Both the position numbers and the translations under genes were made by a program. A stretch of DNA of 48,917 nt from an uncultured Clostridium sp. (GTDB lineage Bacteria; Bacillota; Clostridia; TANB77; CAG-508): contig CANPFO010000005.1 of NCBI GenBank assembly GCA_947573555.1, positions 1 to 48,917 of the forward strand, written 5' to 3'. The notes below the pieces were generated by a model, which was not told the DNA's origin, searched no databases, and saw nothing but the letters and a program-made list of their open reading frames with translations. Positions 30,868-40,467 of this stretch are shown in pieces. The first letter of the stretch is position 1. Every line of letters starts with the position of its first letter.

Positions 30868-32727
30868 ATGATGAAGAAAAAAATATATAAAATAGTAATT
30901 TCACTTATTTTATTTATAATAGCTATTGTAGGAAAATTTAACAATGATTTAGTAAATAATTTAATATTTATAGTAAGCTATTTAATAGTTGGAATAGAAA
31001 TACTAAAAAAATCAATAAGAAATATAATTAGAGGAAAAGTATTTGATGAAAATTTTCTTATGACAATTGCAACATTAGGTGCGTTTGCAATTAAAGAATA
31101 TCCAGAAGCAGTGGCAGTAATGCTATTTTATCAAATAGGAGAATTATTTCAAAGCTATGCTGTTGGGAAATCAAGAAAATCAATATCTAGCTTGATGGAT
31201 ATTAGGCCAGATTTTGCAAATGTATTAAAAGATGATGAATTAGAGAAAGTTGACCTAGATGAAGTCAAAGTGGGAGACATAGTAATAGTTAAACCTGGAG
31301 AGAAAGTACCAGTAGATGGGATCGTAGTTGAAGGAAACTCAATGATTGATACAATGGCATTAACAGGAGAGGCTGTTCCTAGAAAGATAGAAGAAAAAGA
31401 TGAAATTTTAAGTGGTTGTATTAATAAAAATTCAATATTAAAAATAAAAGTAACTAAAGAATCTGATGAATCAACAGTTAGCAAAATACTTGATTTAGTA
31501 GAAAATGCAAGTAATAAAAAGTCAAAATCAGAAAACTTTATTACAAAATTCGCACAATATTATACACCTATTGTAGTTATAATAGCTGTAATATTAGCCA
31601 TATTGCCACCAGTAATATTAAAGGATTTCGGTGTATTTTCTGAATGGCTATATAGAGCATTATCATTTTTAGTGGTTTCTTGCCCATGTGCATTAGTAAT
31701 ATCAATACCTCTAAGTTTTTTTGGAGGGATTGGTGCAGCATCAAAAATAGGGGTCTTAATAAAAGGAAGTAATTACTTGGAGGCAATAGCTAGTACTGAA
31801 ACAGTAGTATTTGACAAAACTGGAACATTAACAGAAGGTGTTTTCGAAGTACAAAAAGTAAATAATACAAATGAAATATCAGAACAAGAATTAATTAAAA
31901 TTGCAGCAGAAGCAGAAAATTACTCAAATCATCCAATAGCACAATCTATAAAAAAAGCTTACGATAAAAAGATTGATGAAAAGAAAATTTCAAAAACAGA
32001 AGAAATATCAGGATTAGGAATACTAGCAAAAATAGAAGATAAACAGGTTCTAATCGGGAACGAAAAATTAATGAAAAAATATAATATCGAATATATAAAA
32101 TGTGAAGAAATTGGAACAGTATTATATATAGCAATCAACAATAAATTTGTAGGATCAATATTAATCGCAGATAAAATAAAAAAAGATTCTTATAAAGCAA
32201 TAAAATTATTAAAAGAAAATAATATAAAAAAAGTTATAATGCTAACTGGAGATAGAAACAATGTAGCAGAAGATGTTGCAAAAAAATTAGAGATAGATGA
32301 AGTTTATTCAGAGTTACTACCAGATGGGAAAGTTAAAAAATTAGATGATATCATTAACACAAAAAGTAAAAAAGGAAAAATTGTATTTGTAGGAGATGGA
32401 ATAAATGATAGTCCAGTTTTAGCATTATCGGATATTGGAATAGCTATGGGAGGATTGGGATCTGATGCAGCTATAGAAGCGTCTGATATTGTAATAATGA
32501 CAGATGAACCATCTAAAATAGGATATACTATGGAACTTTCTAAAAAAACAATGAGAATAGTTAAGCAAAATATAATATTTGCAATCTTTATAAAAGTATT
32601 TGTTTTAATATTAAGTGCATTTGGAATATCTACAATGTGGGAAGCTGTATTTGCAGATGTTGGAGTATCTATAATTGCAATTGTAAATGCTTTAAGAGTT
32701 TTAAAAATAAGTTATCAGTCGTCTTAA
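30868..32727 (+). CDS. cadA: Cd/Zn-translocating P1B-type ATPase
   Basis: TGE, SCPCAL, DKTGT, HP, GDGIND and ADVG motifs. Confidence 0.9.
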   Translation: MMKKKIYKIVISLILFIIAIVGKFNNDLVNNLIFIVSYLIVGIEILKKSIRNIIRGKVFDENFLMTIATLGAFAIKEYPEAVAVMLFYQIGELFQSYAVGKSRKSISSLMDIRPDFANVLKDDELEKVDLDEVKVGDIVIVKPGEKVPVDGIVVEGNSMIDTMALTGEAVPRKIEEKDEILSGCINKNSILKIKVTKESDESTVSKILDLVENASNKKSKSENFITKFAQYYTPIVVIIAVILAILPPVILKDFGVFSEWLYRALSFLVVSCPCALVISIPLSFFGGIGAASKIGVLIKGSNYLEAIASTETVVFDKTGTLTEGVFEVQKVNNTNEISEQELIKIAAEAENYSNHPIAQSIKKAYDKKIDEKKISKTEEISGLGILAKIEDKQVLIGNEKLMKKYNIEYIKCEEIGTVLYIAINNKFVGSILIADKIKKDSYKAIKLLKENNIKKVIMLTGDRNNVAEDVAKKLEIDEVYSELLPDGKVKKLDDIINTKSKKGKIVFVGDGINDSPVLALSDIGIAMGGLGSDAAIEASDIVIMTDEPSKIGYTMELSKKTMRIVKQNIIFAIFIKVFVLILSAFGISTMWEAVFADVGVSIIAIVNALRVLKISYQSS

Positions 32728-32882
32728 ATAATAAAAAATGTTAAAATGATGAGATTTAGATATTATAGAAAATTTAAGGATGACTAATAACAAATATGAT
32801 AAATATTTTATAAAAAATATTGCATATGAAACTAATTTATGATATAAATATATACATAAGAAGCAATAGGAGAATACTGGAT

Positions 32883-33344
32883 ATGAAAAAGAAAATGGTA
32901 GAAAAAGATGAAATAAAAGAGGAAATAGTAGAAAATAGCAAAAAGGTACTAAATGATTTTAAAAAGTTCATATCAAGAGGCAATGTAATGGACTTAGCTG
33001 TAGGTGTAATTATAGGCTCGGCATTTCAAAAAATAGTATCATCAATTGTAAATGATATTTTAATGCCAATTATTGGAGCTATAAGCGGTGGAGTAGATTT
33101 TTCTGGATTAAGTATACAAATAGGAAAATCAACTATAAAATATGGGGCATTTATTCAAAATATAATTGACTTTTTAATTGTAGCTGTATGTATATTTACA
33201 ATCATTAAGATTTTAGAAAAATTCAATAGAAAAAGTGAAAAAACAGAACAAGTAAAAGAAGTAAAAAAAGATGATCAAATACTTTTGCTAGAAGAAATTA
33301 GAGATATACTAAAAGAAAAACAAGAGAAGATAGAAATTGAATAA
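32883..33344 (+). CDS. mscL: Large-conductance mechanosensitive channel
   Basis: FKKFISRGNVMDLAVGVIIG, YGAFI and LLEEIRD motifs. Confidence 0.95.
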   Translation: MKKKMVEKDEIKEEIVENSKKVLNDFKKFISRGNVMDLAVGVIIGSAFQKIVSSIVNDILMPIIGAISGGVDFSGLSIQIGKSTIKYGAFIQNIIDFLIVAVCIFTIIKILEKFNRKSEKTEQVKEVKKDDQILLLEEIRDILKEKQEKIEIE

Positions 33345-33367
33345 TAAATAAAATGGGGGATATTAAA

Positions 33368-34384
33368 ATGAATAAATTTACAAATAAAAATATAAAAAAA
33401 GAAAACAAATCAATGATAAAGAGAATGATTATATTTATATTAATTCTTATAGTTTCATTTGGAGTTGGAGCTTGGGAACAAAAGAAGATAAAAGACATAA
33501 ATGATAATATTACAGATTTAAATTCTATTATAATAAGTGACCAAGATAAAACTGATAAAAAAACATATGTTGATATAAATATGATACCATACAAATTTGC
33601 AGTAAGTAATGAAACAACAAAAAGCTTTTACATTGTAGCAGATGAAAATTATCTATATATAGCATATATGGCACCATCAGATTTTCAAAAGCTAAATAAT
33701 AAAGAAATTGAAACAGCACCTGTTAGAATTGAAGGAATAACAAAAACAACATCGGAAGAGATAAAAAAATTAGCTGTTGATGCATACAATAAAGGATTAG
33801 AAAAAGAAAAACAAATAACATTAGGAGAATTTAACAGTTATTTTGGAAGTGTATACTTAGATATGACAACAAATATAACAACAGAAACAGCCCTAATGAC
33901 TTGTGCATATGTAGTATTAGCCCTAGTAGGTACATTAGGAACATTAACTATGATTATTAAGATTATAAGCCTAAAATCAAGAATATCAAAAATTGGAACA
34001 GAACTAATAGAAGAACTAGACAATGAAATGAATGATGAAAATGCATTCTATTATGAAAAATTACACTTATATTTAACAAACAAATATATAATAAATTTCA
34101 GCGGAAAATTTATAGCCACAAAATATAGTGATGTTATTTGGATGTACCCATATGAACAAAGAACAAATGGTATAAAAACATGTCAAGCCATAAAAATAAT
34201 GACAGAAAATGGAAAAGTACATACAATAGCAACAATAGATGCTGTAACAAAAGCTAAAAAAGAGATGTATAACGAAATATGGAATACAATAGCAAGCAAA
34301 AATGACAAAATGCTTTTAGGATATACTAAAGAGAATAGAGATGAGATTAAAGCAAGAAAGAAAAACAAAAAAGACTTAGTATAA
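33368..34384 (+). CDS. Two-TM membrane protein of unknown function
   Basis: Two hydrophobic segments in a long ORF. Confidence 0.8.
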   Translation: MNKFTNKNIKKENKSMIKRMIIFILILIVSFGVGAWEQKKIKDINDNITDLNSIIISDQDKTDKKTYVDINMIPYKFAVSNETTKSFYIVADENYLYIAYMAPSDFQKLNNKEIETAPVRIEGITKTTSEEIKKLAVDAYNKGLEKEKQITLGEFNSYFGSVYLDMTTNITTETALMTCAYVVLALVGTLGTLTMIIKIISLKSRISKIGTELIEELDNEMNDENAFYYEKLHLYLTNKYIINFSGKFIATKYSDVIWMYPYEQRTNGIKTCQAIKIMTENGKVHTIATIDAVTKAKKEMYNEIWNTIASKNDKMLLGYTKENRDEIKARKKNKKDLV

Positions 34385-34446
34385 ATAAAAAAATAAACAC
34401 CTATATTGAATAAAATAAGATTCAATATAGGTGTTTATTTTTTTAT
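34385..34446. terminator. Perfect 27-bp-stem hairpin, likely terminator
   Basis: 34385-34411 is the exact reverse complement of 34420-34446. Confidence 0.75.
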
Positions 34447-34517
34447 ATAATAGAAACGCCATTTACACACTTAGGAAATAGAATCTCAAAAAAAACCAAA
34501 CTTAAATGTTGTTAACC

Positions 34518-34563
34518 TTGACAAACAAATATATATGTACTATAATGTTAACCATAGTTAACA
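34518..34563 (+). promoter_or_regulatory. Consensus sigma-A promoter with a DtxR/MntR-like palindromic operator
   Basis: TTGACA 34518, 17 bp, TATAAT 34541. Palindrome tgttaaccatagttaaca starts at 34546. Confidence 0.8.
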
Positions 34564-34576
34564 AAAGGAGAGTAGT

Positions 34577-35017
34577 ATGATATCAAAAGCATTAGAAGAA
34601 TATTTAAAAACAATGTATATATTAAAAAAACAAAACGGAAATATTAGAGTTACGGACATTGCAAAAAAAATGAACTGTACAAAGCCAAGTGTAAACAAAG
34701 CAATATATAATTTAAAAGATAATGGACTACTTAATTATGAATCATATGGAACAATAGAATTAACAGAAGAAGGAGAAGAATTAGCCAAAAAGATATTAGA
34801 AGCATATGACATAATTTATGTATTTTTAAAAGATGTATTAGAATTAGAAGAAGAAAACGCAAAAGAAGAGGCAGAAAAAATAAAATCTACAATATCTGAT
34901 AATACAATAAACAAATTAGCAAAATATGTTCACGAAGTTTTAGGATTAAGCAACTTAAACTGTAATTATGACATAAACAAAGAAAAATGTAGATGCTGTA
35001 TAAAAAGAAAAATGTGA
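34577..35017 (+). CDS. DtxR/MntR family metal-dependent regulator with a Cys-rich tail
   Basis: EEYLKTMY, RVTDIA, KPSV and IELTEEG motifs. C-terminal CNY..KCRCC. Confidence 0.9.
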   Translation: MISKALEEYLKTMYILKKQNGNIRVTDIAKKMNCTKPSVNKAIYNLKDNGLLNYESYGTIELTEEGEELAKKILEAYDIIYVFLKDVLELEEENAKEEAEKIKSTISDNTINKLAKYVHEVLGLSNLNCNYDINKEKCRCCIKRKM

Positions 35018-35043
35018 CAAAAAGGGACGCCCCCTTTGGCACA
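35013..35043 (+). repeat. 31-bp REP-like hairpin, TGTGAC..GGCACA family
   Basis: tgtgacaaaaagggacgccccctttggcaca. It supplies the TGA stop of the regulator. Confidence 0.85.
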
Positions 35044-35063
35044 CTTTATGAAAGGAAATTAAT

Positions 35064-35801
35064 ATGAGTAACAAAATATTAGAAATAAAAGATTTGTATG
35101 TAAATGCTGAAGAAAAAGAAATATTAAAAGGAATAAATTTAGCTATAAATAAAGGAGAAATACATGTAATAATGGGGCCAAACGGTTCTGGAAAAACAAC
35201 GACAGCAAATGCTATATTAAACAATCCATCATATAAAAAAATTAATGGAAATATTATATTTGAAGATGAGAATATAACTAATGAAAAAACAGATGAAATT
35301 GCAAGAAAAGGAATTTTTATGTCTTTTCAACTTCCAGAAGAAATACCAGGAGTTTCTGTTACGAATTTCTTAAAATATGCTAAAAACAAAATTACAGAAA
35401 AGCCTGTTAAAATTTTTGAATTTAAAGAAGAGTTAAAAAAATATATGGAAGAATTAAACATGAACTCGAAAAATATGGAAAGAAGCTTAAATGTTGGATT
35501 TTCAGGTGGAGAGAAAAAGAAAAACGAGATTCTACAAATGCTTGTATTAAATCCAAAACTTGCTATTTTAGATGAAACAGATTCTGGACTAGATGTTGAT
35601 GCAATTAAAACAGTTTCTAAAGGAATTGAAATGTTTAAAAATGAAAATAATGCAGTTCTTATTATTACTCATAATACTAAAATTTTGCATAGCTTAAAAG
35701 TTGATTATGTACACATTTTAGTTAATGGGAAAATTGTTAAAACGGGTAGCCAAGAATTGGCTAAAGAAATTGAAGAAAATGGATATGCTCAATATAAGTG
35801 A
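35064..35801 (+). CDS. sufC: Fe-S assembly ATPase SufC
   Basis: GPNGSGKT, FSGGEKKKNE and LDETDSGLD motifs. Confidence 0.96.
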   Translation: MSNKILEIKDLYVNAEEKEILKGINLAINKGEIHVIMGPNGSGKTTTANAILNNPSYKKINGNIIFEDENITNEKTDEIARKGIFMSFQLPEEIPGVSVTNFLKYAKNKITEKPVKIFEFKEELKKYMEELNMNSKNMERSLNVGFSGGEKKKNEILQMLVLNPKLAILDETDSGLDVDAIKTVSKGIEMFKNENNAVLIITHNTKILHSLKVDYVHILVNGKIVKTGSQELAKEIEENGYAQYK

Positions 35802-35803
35802 AA

Positions 35804-35831
35804 ATGCTAGCTGAAATAAATCAGCTAGCAT
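35804..35831. other. 11-bp-stem intercistronic hairpin with no U tail
   Basis: atgctagctga/tcagctagcat. Confidence 0.6.
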
Positions 35832-35880
35832 AGAGATACATAAGGTATTTCTTAAAAAAATTATACGGAAGGAATTTTTG

Positions 35881-37272
35881 ATGATGTCAAAAACAAATAT
35901 AGATGAAATAAACAGAAGTATATATGATATAAAAAACGAAGATAAATATGACTTTAAAATAAAAAAAGGTTTAACACCTGAAATAATAGAAGAAATATCA
36001 AAACAAAAAAATGACCCGAAATGGATGAAAGAATTTAGATTAAAAGCATTAGAAGTTTATAATAAGTTAGAACTTCCAACATGGGGGCCAGACTTATCAG
36101 AACTAAATATGAATGAGCTAGCAACATATGTGAAACCCAAAACAAGACTTTCAAATTCATGGGAAGATGTACCAGAAGATATAAAAAATACATTTGACAG
36201 ATTAGGAATACCAGAAGCAGAAAAAACATCTTTAGCAGGAGTAGGAGCACAGTATGACTCAGAAGTAGTTTACCATAGTATGAAAGAAGACTTAATAAAA
36301 CAAGGAGTAATCTATACAGATATGGAAACAGCAGTAAGAGAATATCCAGAGCTAGTAAAAGAACATTTTATGAAATGTGTTCCAGTATATGATCACAAAT
36401 TTGTAGCACTACACGGAGCAGTTTGGTCAGGAGGTTCATTTGTATATGTACCAAAAGGAGTAAAGGTAGATATACCATTACAATCATATTTTAGACTAAA
36501 CTCACCAGAATCAGGACAATTTGAACATACATTAATTATAGTTGATGAAGGAGCATCACTTCATTTTATAGAAGGATGTTCAGCGCCAAAATATAATAAA
36601 GTAAATCTTCATGCTGGTTGTGTTGAATTATATGTAAAAGAAAATAGCTATCTAAGATATTCAACAATAGAAAACTGGTCAAAAAATATGTTAAACTTAA
36701 ATACCAAAAAAGCAATTGTAGGAAAAAATGCAAAAATGGATTGGGTATCTGGCTCATTTGGATCAAAAATATCAATGTTATATCCAATGAGTATACTAAA
36801 TGGAGAAGGATCAAAAACAGAATTTACAGGAATATCATTTGCGGGAGTAGGACAAAATTTAGATAATGGATTTAAAGTTATTCATAATGCACCTAATACA
36901 TCAAGTGTTGTCAACGCAAAATCAATATCTAAAAATGGTGGCAAATGTACATATAGAAGTTTAGTTAGAATAAACGAAAATGCTAAAAATTCTAAATCAT
37001 CAGTATCATGCGACTCATTAATGTTAGATGACATATCAATTTCAGACACAATACCAACAAATGATATAAGAACAGATGAAGTGGAATTTTCACATGAAGC
37101 TAAAATTGGAAAAATAAGTGACAAAACAATATTTTATTTAATGAGTAGGGGATTATCAGAAGAAGATGCAAAAGCAATGATTGTCAGAGGATTTGCACAT
37201 CCTATTGCTAAAGAATTGCCAGTGGAATATGCAGTGGAAATGAATAACCTTATAAATTTAGAATTAGAATGA
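35881..37272 (+). CDS. sufB: Fe-S assembly protein SufB
   Basis: LAGVGAQYDSEVVYH, GQFEHTL, EGCSAP, HEAKIG and LPVEYAVE motifs. Confidence 0.96.
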   Translation: MMSKTNIDEINRSIYDIKNEDKYDFKIKKGLTPEIIEEISKQKNDPKWMKEFRLKALEVYNKLELPTWGPDLSELNMNELATYVKPKTRLSNSWEDVPEDIKNTFDRLGIPEAEKTSLAGVGAQYDSEVVYHSMKEDLIKQGVIYTDMETAVREYPELVKEHFMKCVPVYDHKFVALHGAVWSGGSFVYVPKGVKVDIPLQSYFRLNSPESGQFEHTLIIVDEGASLHFIEGCSAPKYNKVNLHAGCVELYVKENSYLRYSTIENWSKNMLNLNTKKAIVGKNAKMDWVSGSFGSKISMLYPMSILNGEGSKTEFTGISFAGVGQNLDNGFKVIHNAPNTSSVVNAKSISKNGGKCTYRSLVRINENAKNSKSSVSCDSLMLDDISISDTIPTNDIRTDEVEFSHEAKIGKISDKTIFYLMSRGLSEEDAKAMIVRGFAHPIAKELPVEYAVEMNNLINLELE

Positions 37273-37406
37273 GACAGTTGGGACAGGTTTTGTTTGTCTC
37301 ACAAAAAGCTCAGAAAAAGTCAAAAAATAGAATATTACTAAAATTACAAATAATAACAAAATATGACAAAAAAGTGAGACAAACAAAACCTGTCCCATTT
37401 GTCTCA
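37270..37406. repeat. Inverted doublet of 32-bp TGAGACA REP-like units (REPIN-like)
   Basis: 37270-37301 and the reverse complement of 37375-37406 differ at 2 positions. The spacer is 73 bp and A-rich. Confidence 0.85.
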
Positions 37407-37419
37407 GAAAGGGAAAATG

Positions 37420-38487
37420 ATGATTAATTTAAAATTAAATGAAACACCTGTTAGAACATCCAGAAATTTTAATATAAATAATATTAAATTAGAAAACATT
37501 GATATTCCAAAAGAAATAAAAAACTTCGAAAACATGATGATAACAGGAGAGGACTTAAAAATAGATTGTAATACAAGCAATATAAAATTAGCATATGGAA
37601 TAAGTGAATATTTTACAAATCAAGTAAAAGAGCAAGCAAATAGAAAAATTAGATTAGAGCTTTCAAACAAATCAGTCAAATCAAAGACTTCTCAAATGGT
37701 TGAATTTAAATTTGATAAAGAGAATTTATCATTAATAGAAGATATAGAAATTATTGCGAATGAAAGTTCAAAATCGACTATTATAGTAAAATATTTGAGT
37801 GATGAAAATATAGAAGCTTATCATAATGGAATTATAAGGATAACAGCTAAAAGAAATTCAGAGATTAATATAATATTAGTTAATTTGATGAATACAAAAT
37901 CAAATAATTTTATGGCTATCGAAAATAATGTAGAAAAAGAAGCAAAGATAAATTATTACATAGTAGATTTTGGCGGAAAGAATAGTATTACAAATTATTA
38001 TTCAAATTTATTAGGTGATAAATCTGAGAATATTTTAAATACAATTTACTTAGGAAGACAAGATCAGCTATTTGATTTGAATTATATTGGGGAACTAAGA
38101 GGAGAAAAGTCTAATATAGATATAGATGTTCAAGGGGCTTTAAAAGATAAGGCTAAAAAACATTTTAAGGGTACAATTGATTTTAAAAAAGGTTGTAAAA
38201 AAGCAAAAGGAAATGAAAATGATTCGTGTATGTTGCTATCAGATACTGCTAGGTCACTTGCTTTACCAATGCTTTTATGTTCAGAGGAAGATATTGAAGG
38301 AAATCATAGTAGCTCAGTAGGAAAAGTTGGCGAGAAAGAGTTATTTTATATTATGAGTAGAGGTTTTGAACTTAAAGAGGCTATGAAGTTAATGGTTAGA
38401 GCTAAATTTAATAAAATATTGCAAAATATTAAAGATGAGAATTTGAAGGAAGATATTTTGCATGAAATTGATAGTCGATTAAATTGA
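37420..38487 (+). CDS. sufD: SufD family Fe-S assembly protein
   Basis: FKGTIDF, PMLLCSEEDIEGNH and FYIMSRG motifs, and operon position. Confidence 0.9.
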   Translation: MINLKLNETPVRTSRNFNINNIKLENIDIPKEIKNFENMMITGEDLKIDCNTSNIKLAYGISEYFTNQVKEQANRKIRLELSNKSVKSKTSQMVEFKFDKENLSLIEDIEIIANESSKSTIIVKYLSDENIEAYHNGIIRITAKRNSEINIILVNLMNTKSNNFMAIENNVEKEAKINYYIVDFGGKNSITNYYSNLLGDKSENILNTIYLGRQDQLFDLNYIGELRGEKSNIDIDVQGALKDKAKKHFKGTIDFKKGCKKAKGNENDSCMLLSDTARSLALPMLLCSEEDIEGNHSSSVGKVGEKELFYIMSRGFELKEAMKLMVRAKFNKILQNIKDENLKEDILHEIDSRLN

Positions 38488-38516
38488 GACAATTGGGACA
38501 GTCACAATTTGTCTCA
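38485..38516 (+). repeat. 32-bp TGAGACA REP-like hairpin
   Basis: tgagacaattgggacagtcacaatttgtctca. It begins with the sufD stop codon. Confidence 0.85.
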
Positions 38517-38607
38517 TAAAATTGTAGAAGAATGTCGAAAATGACATTGAAAAAGTTTACGATGGAAAGAAATTCAAATACATATACAAAGATGAAGGGA
38601 TAGATAA

Positions 38608-39831
38608 ATGAGTATAGAAAAAATAAGAAAAGATTTTCCACTTTTATTAAATAATAAAATAACATACTTGGATAGTGGAGCGACTACACAAAAGCCAATA
38701 CAAGTGATAGAGGCGGTAGAAGAGTTTTATAGAAAATACAATGCAAATATACATAGAGGAGCATATTCTTTAAGTATGGAAGCAACAGAAGTTTATGAAA
38801 ATACAAGAACCAAAATTGCAAAATTTATAAACGCTAAAAGTGATGAAGAAATTATATTTTCTAAAAATGCAACAGAAAGCTTAAACTTAATTGCATATTC
38901 TTATGGAATGGATAATTTAAAAAAAGATGATGAAGTTGTAATTTCAATTATGGAACATCATTCTAATTTAGTACCTTGGCAAAAGGTAACTAAATCAACA
39001 GGAAGTAAATTGAAATATATGTACATAAATGATGAGTTTGAGTTATCTGATGAAGAAATAGAGAGCAAAATAACAGATAAGACAAGAATAGTAGGAATTA
39101 CACATATTTCAAATGTCCTTGGAACAATAAATGATATAAAAAAAATAATAAAATATGCACATAAAAAAGGTGCAATTGTAGTAGTTGATTGTTCCCAAAG
39201 TATTCCTCATATGAAAATTGATGTACAAGACTTAGATGCAGATTTTTTAGTTTTTTCGGGACATAAGATGCTTGCACCACTAGGAATAGGTGTATTATAT
39301 GGAAAAAGAGAGATGTTGAATAAAATGAATCCATTTTTGATGGGGGGAGATATGATTGAGTATGTGTATGAACAAGATACAACATTTGCACCACTTCCAA
39401 ATAAATTTGAAGCTGGTACTCAAAATATAGAAGGAGTAGTCGGTTTAGGTGCTGCAATTGACTATATAGATAACTTAGGATATGATAAAATAAAAGAACT
39501 AGAAAAAAATATTGTAGAATATGCAAGACAAGAATTATCAAAATTAGATTATATAAAATTATATATGACGCCTAATGAAGAGAATCATTCAGGAGTAATA
39601 TCTTTTAATATAAAAGGTGTACACCCACATGATGTAGCAAGTATATTAGATTCAGAAGGTGTATGTGTACGTTCTGGAAATCATTGTGCACAACCACTTA
39701 TGAGATTTATTGGAATAGATTCAACTTGCAGGGCGAGTTTCTGTTTTTATAATACGAAAGAAGATGTAGATAAATTAATTAATGCATTAGAAAAAGCATA
39801 CAATATGTTTAAGAAATATATTATAAAGTAA
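38608..39831 (+). CDS. sufS: Cysteine desulfurase SufS
   Basis: YLDSGATTQKP, MEHHSN, SGHKM and RSGNHCAQP motifs. Confidence 0.96.
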   Translation: MSIEKIRKDFPLLLNNKITYLDSGATTQKPIQVIEAVEEFYRKYNANIHRGAYSLSMEATEVYENTRTKIAKFINAKSDEEIIFSKNATESLNLIAYSYGMDNLKKDDEVVISIMEHHSNLVPWQKVTKSTGSKLKYMYINDEFELSDEEIESKITDKTRIVGITHISNVLGTINDIKKIIKYAHKKGAIVVVDCSQSIPHMKIDVQDLDADFLVFSGHKMLAPLGIGVLYGKREMLNKMNPFLMGGDMIEYVYEQDTTFAPLPNKFEAGTQNIEGVVGLGAAIDYIDNLGYDKIKELEKNIVEYARQELSKLDYIKLYMTPNEENHSGVISFNIKGVHPHDVASILDSEGVCVRSGNHCAQPLMRFIGIDSTCRASFCFYNTKEDVDKLINALEKAYNMFKKYIIK

Positions 39832-39839
39832 AAGAAGGT

Positions 39840-40000
39840 GTTACTAGTTAATGCTTTAAAAAGAAGTTGCCAAAATAGTTGATATATGAATATTTCTTGG
39901 CAAAAACATAGCTGGGGTCTACCTATGGGTCTTTGCCGTCAAAATATTAATATATCAACTATTTTAAGTAATTAAATATAAAAAAGCATTAACCAGTAAC
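39840..40000. mobile_element. 161-bp MITE-like element with an 8-bp target-site duplication
   Basis: Terminal IR gttactagttaatgcttt/aaagcattaaccagtaac (17/18). Inner IR 23/24. Direct repeat aagaaggt at 39832-39839 and 40001-40008. Confidence 0.85.
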
Positions 40001-40013
40001 AAGAAGGTAAGAA

Positions 40014-40445
40014 ATGGAAGATTTAACAGATGTTTATAATGAGCTAATAATGGAACACAGTATGAATTCATACAACAAAAAGAAATTAGAAAAAGCAGAT
40101 TGCTCAAGGATGGGACATAACCCAAATTGTGGAGATGAAATAACACTAGAAATAAAACTAGATGGAAATATAATTGAAGATATGGCTTTTAGTGGACATG
40201 GGTGTGCGATATCTCAGGCTTCTACATCAATAATGATAGATACATTAAAAGGAAAAACTATAGATGAAGCAAAAGAAATAATTAAAACATTTATAGAAAT
40301 GATAAAAAGAGAAATAAAAGATGAAGAACAACTAAGAAAATTAGAAGATGCAATTGCTTTTAAAAATGTATCAAATATGCCTGCTAGAGTAAAATGTGCA
40401 TTACTTGCTTGGCATACAATAGAAGATATGATAAATAAAAAATAA
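40014..40445 (+). CDS. sufU: SUF system NifU-family protein SufU
   Basis: NPNCGD, GCAISQAS and PARVKCALLAW motifs. Confidence 0.96.
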   Translation: MEDLTDVYNELIMEHSMNSYNKKKLEKADCSRMGHNPNCGDEITLEIKLDGNIIEDMAFSGHGCAISQASTSIMIDTLKGKTIDEAKEIIKTFIEMIKREIKDEEQLRKLEDAIAFKNVSNMPARVKCALLAWHTIEDMINKK

Positions 40446-40467
40446 AAAATCAAATGGAGGAAAATAT

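Noticed and set aside
37270-37272. TGA readthrough or stop reassignment at the end of sufB
   Set aside because: TGA ends several genes at expected positions (for example miaA, mscL and sufC), and Trp is encoded by TGG.
15645-38516. 30-32 bp palindromic repeats as CRISPR repeats
   Set aside because: They are dispersed singly or as an inverted pair, with no tandem repeat-spacer array and no cas genes.
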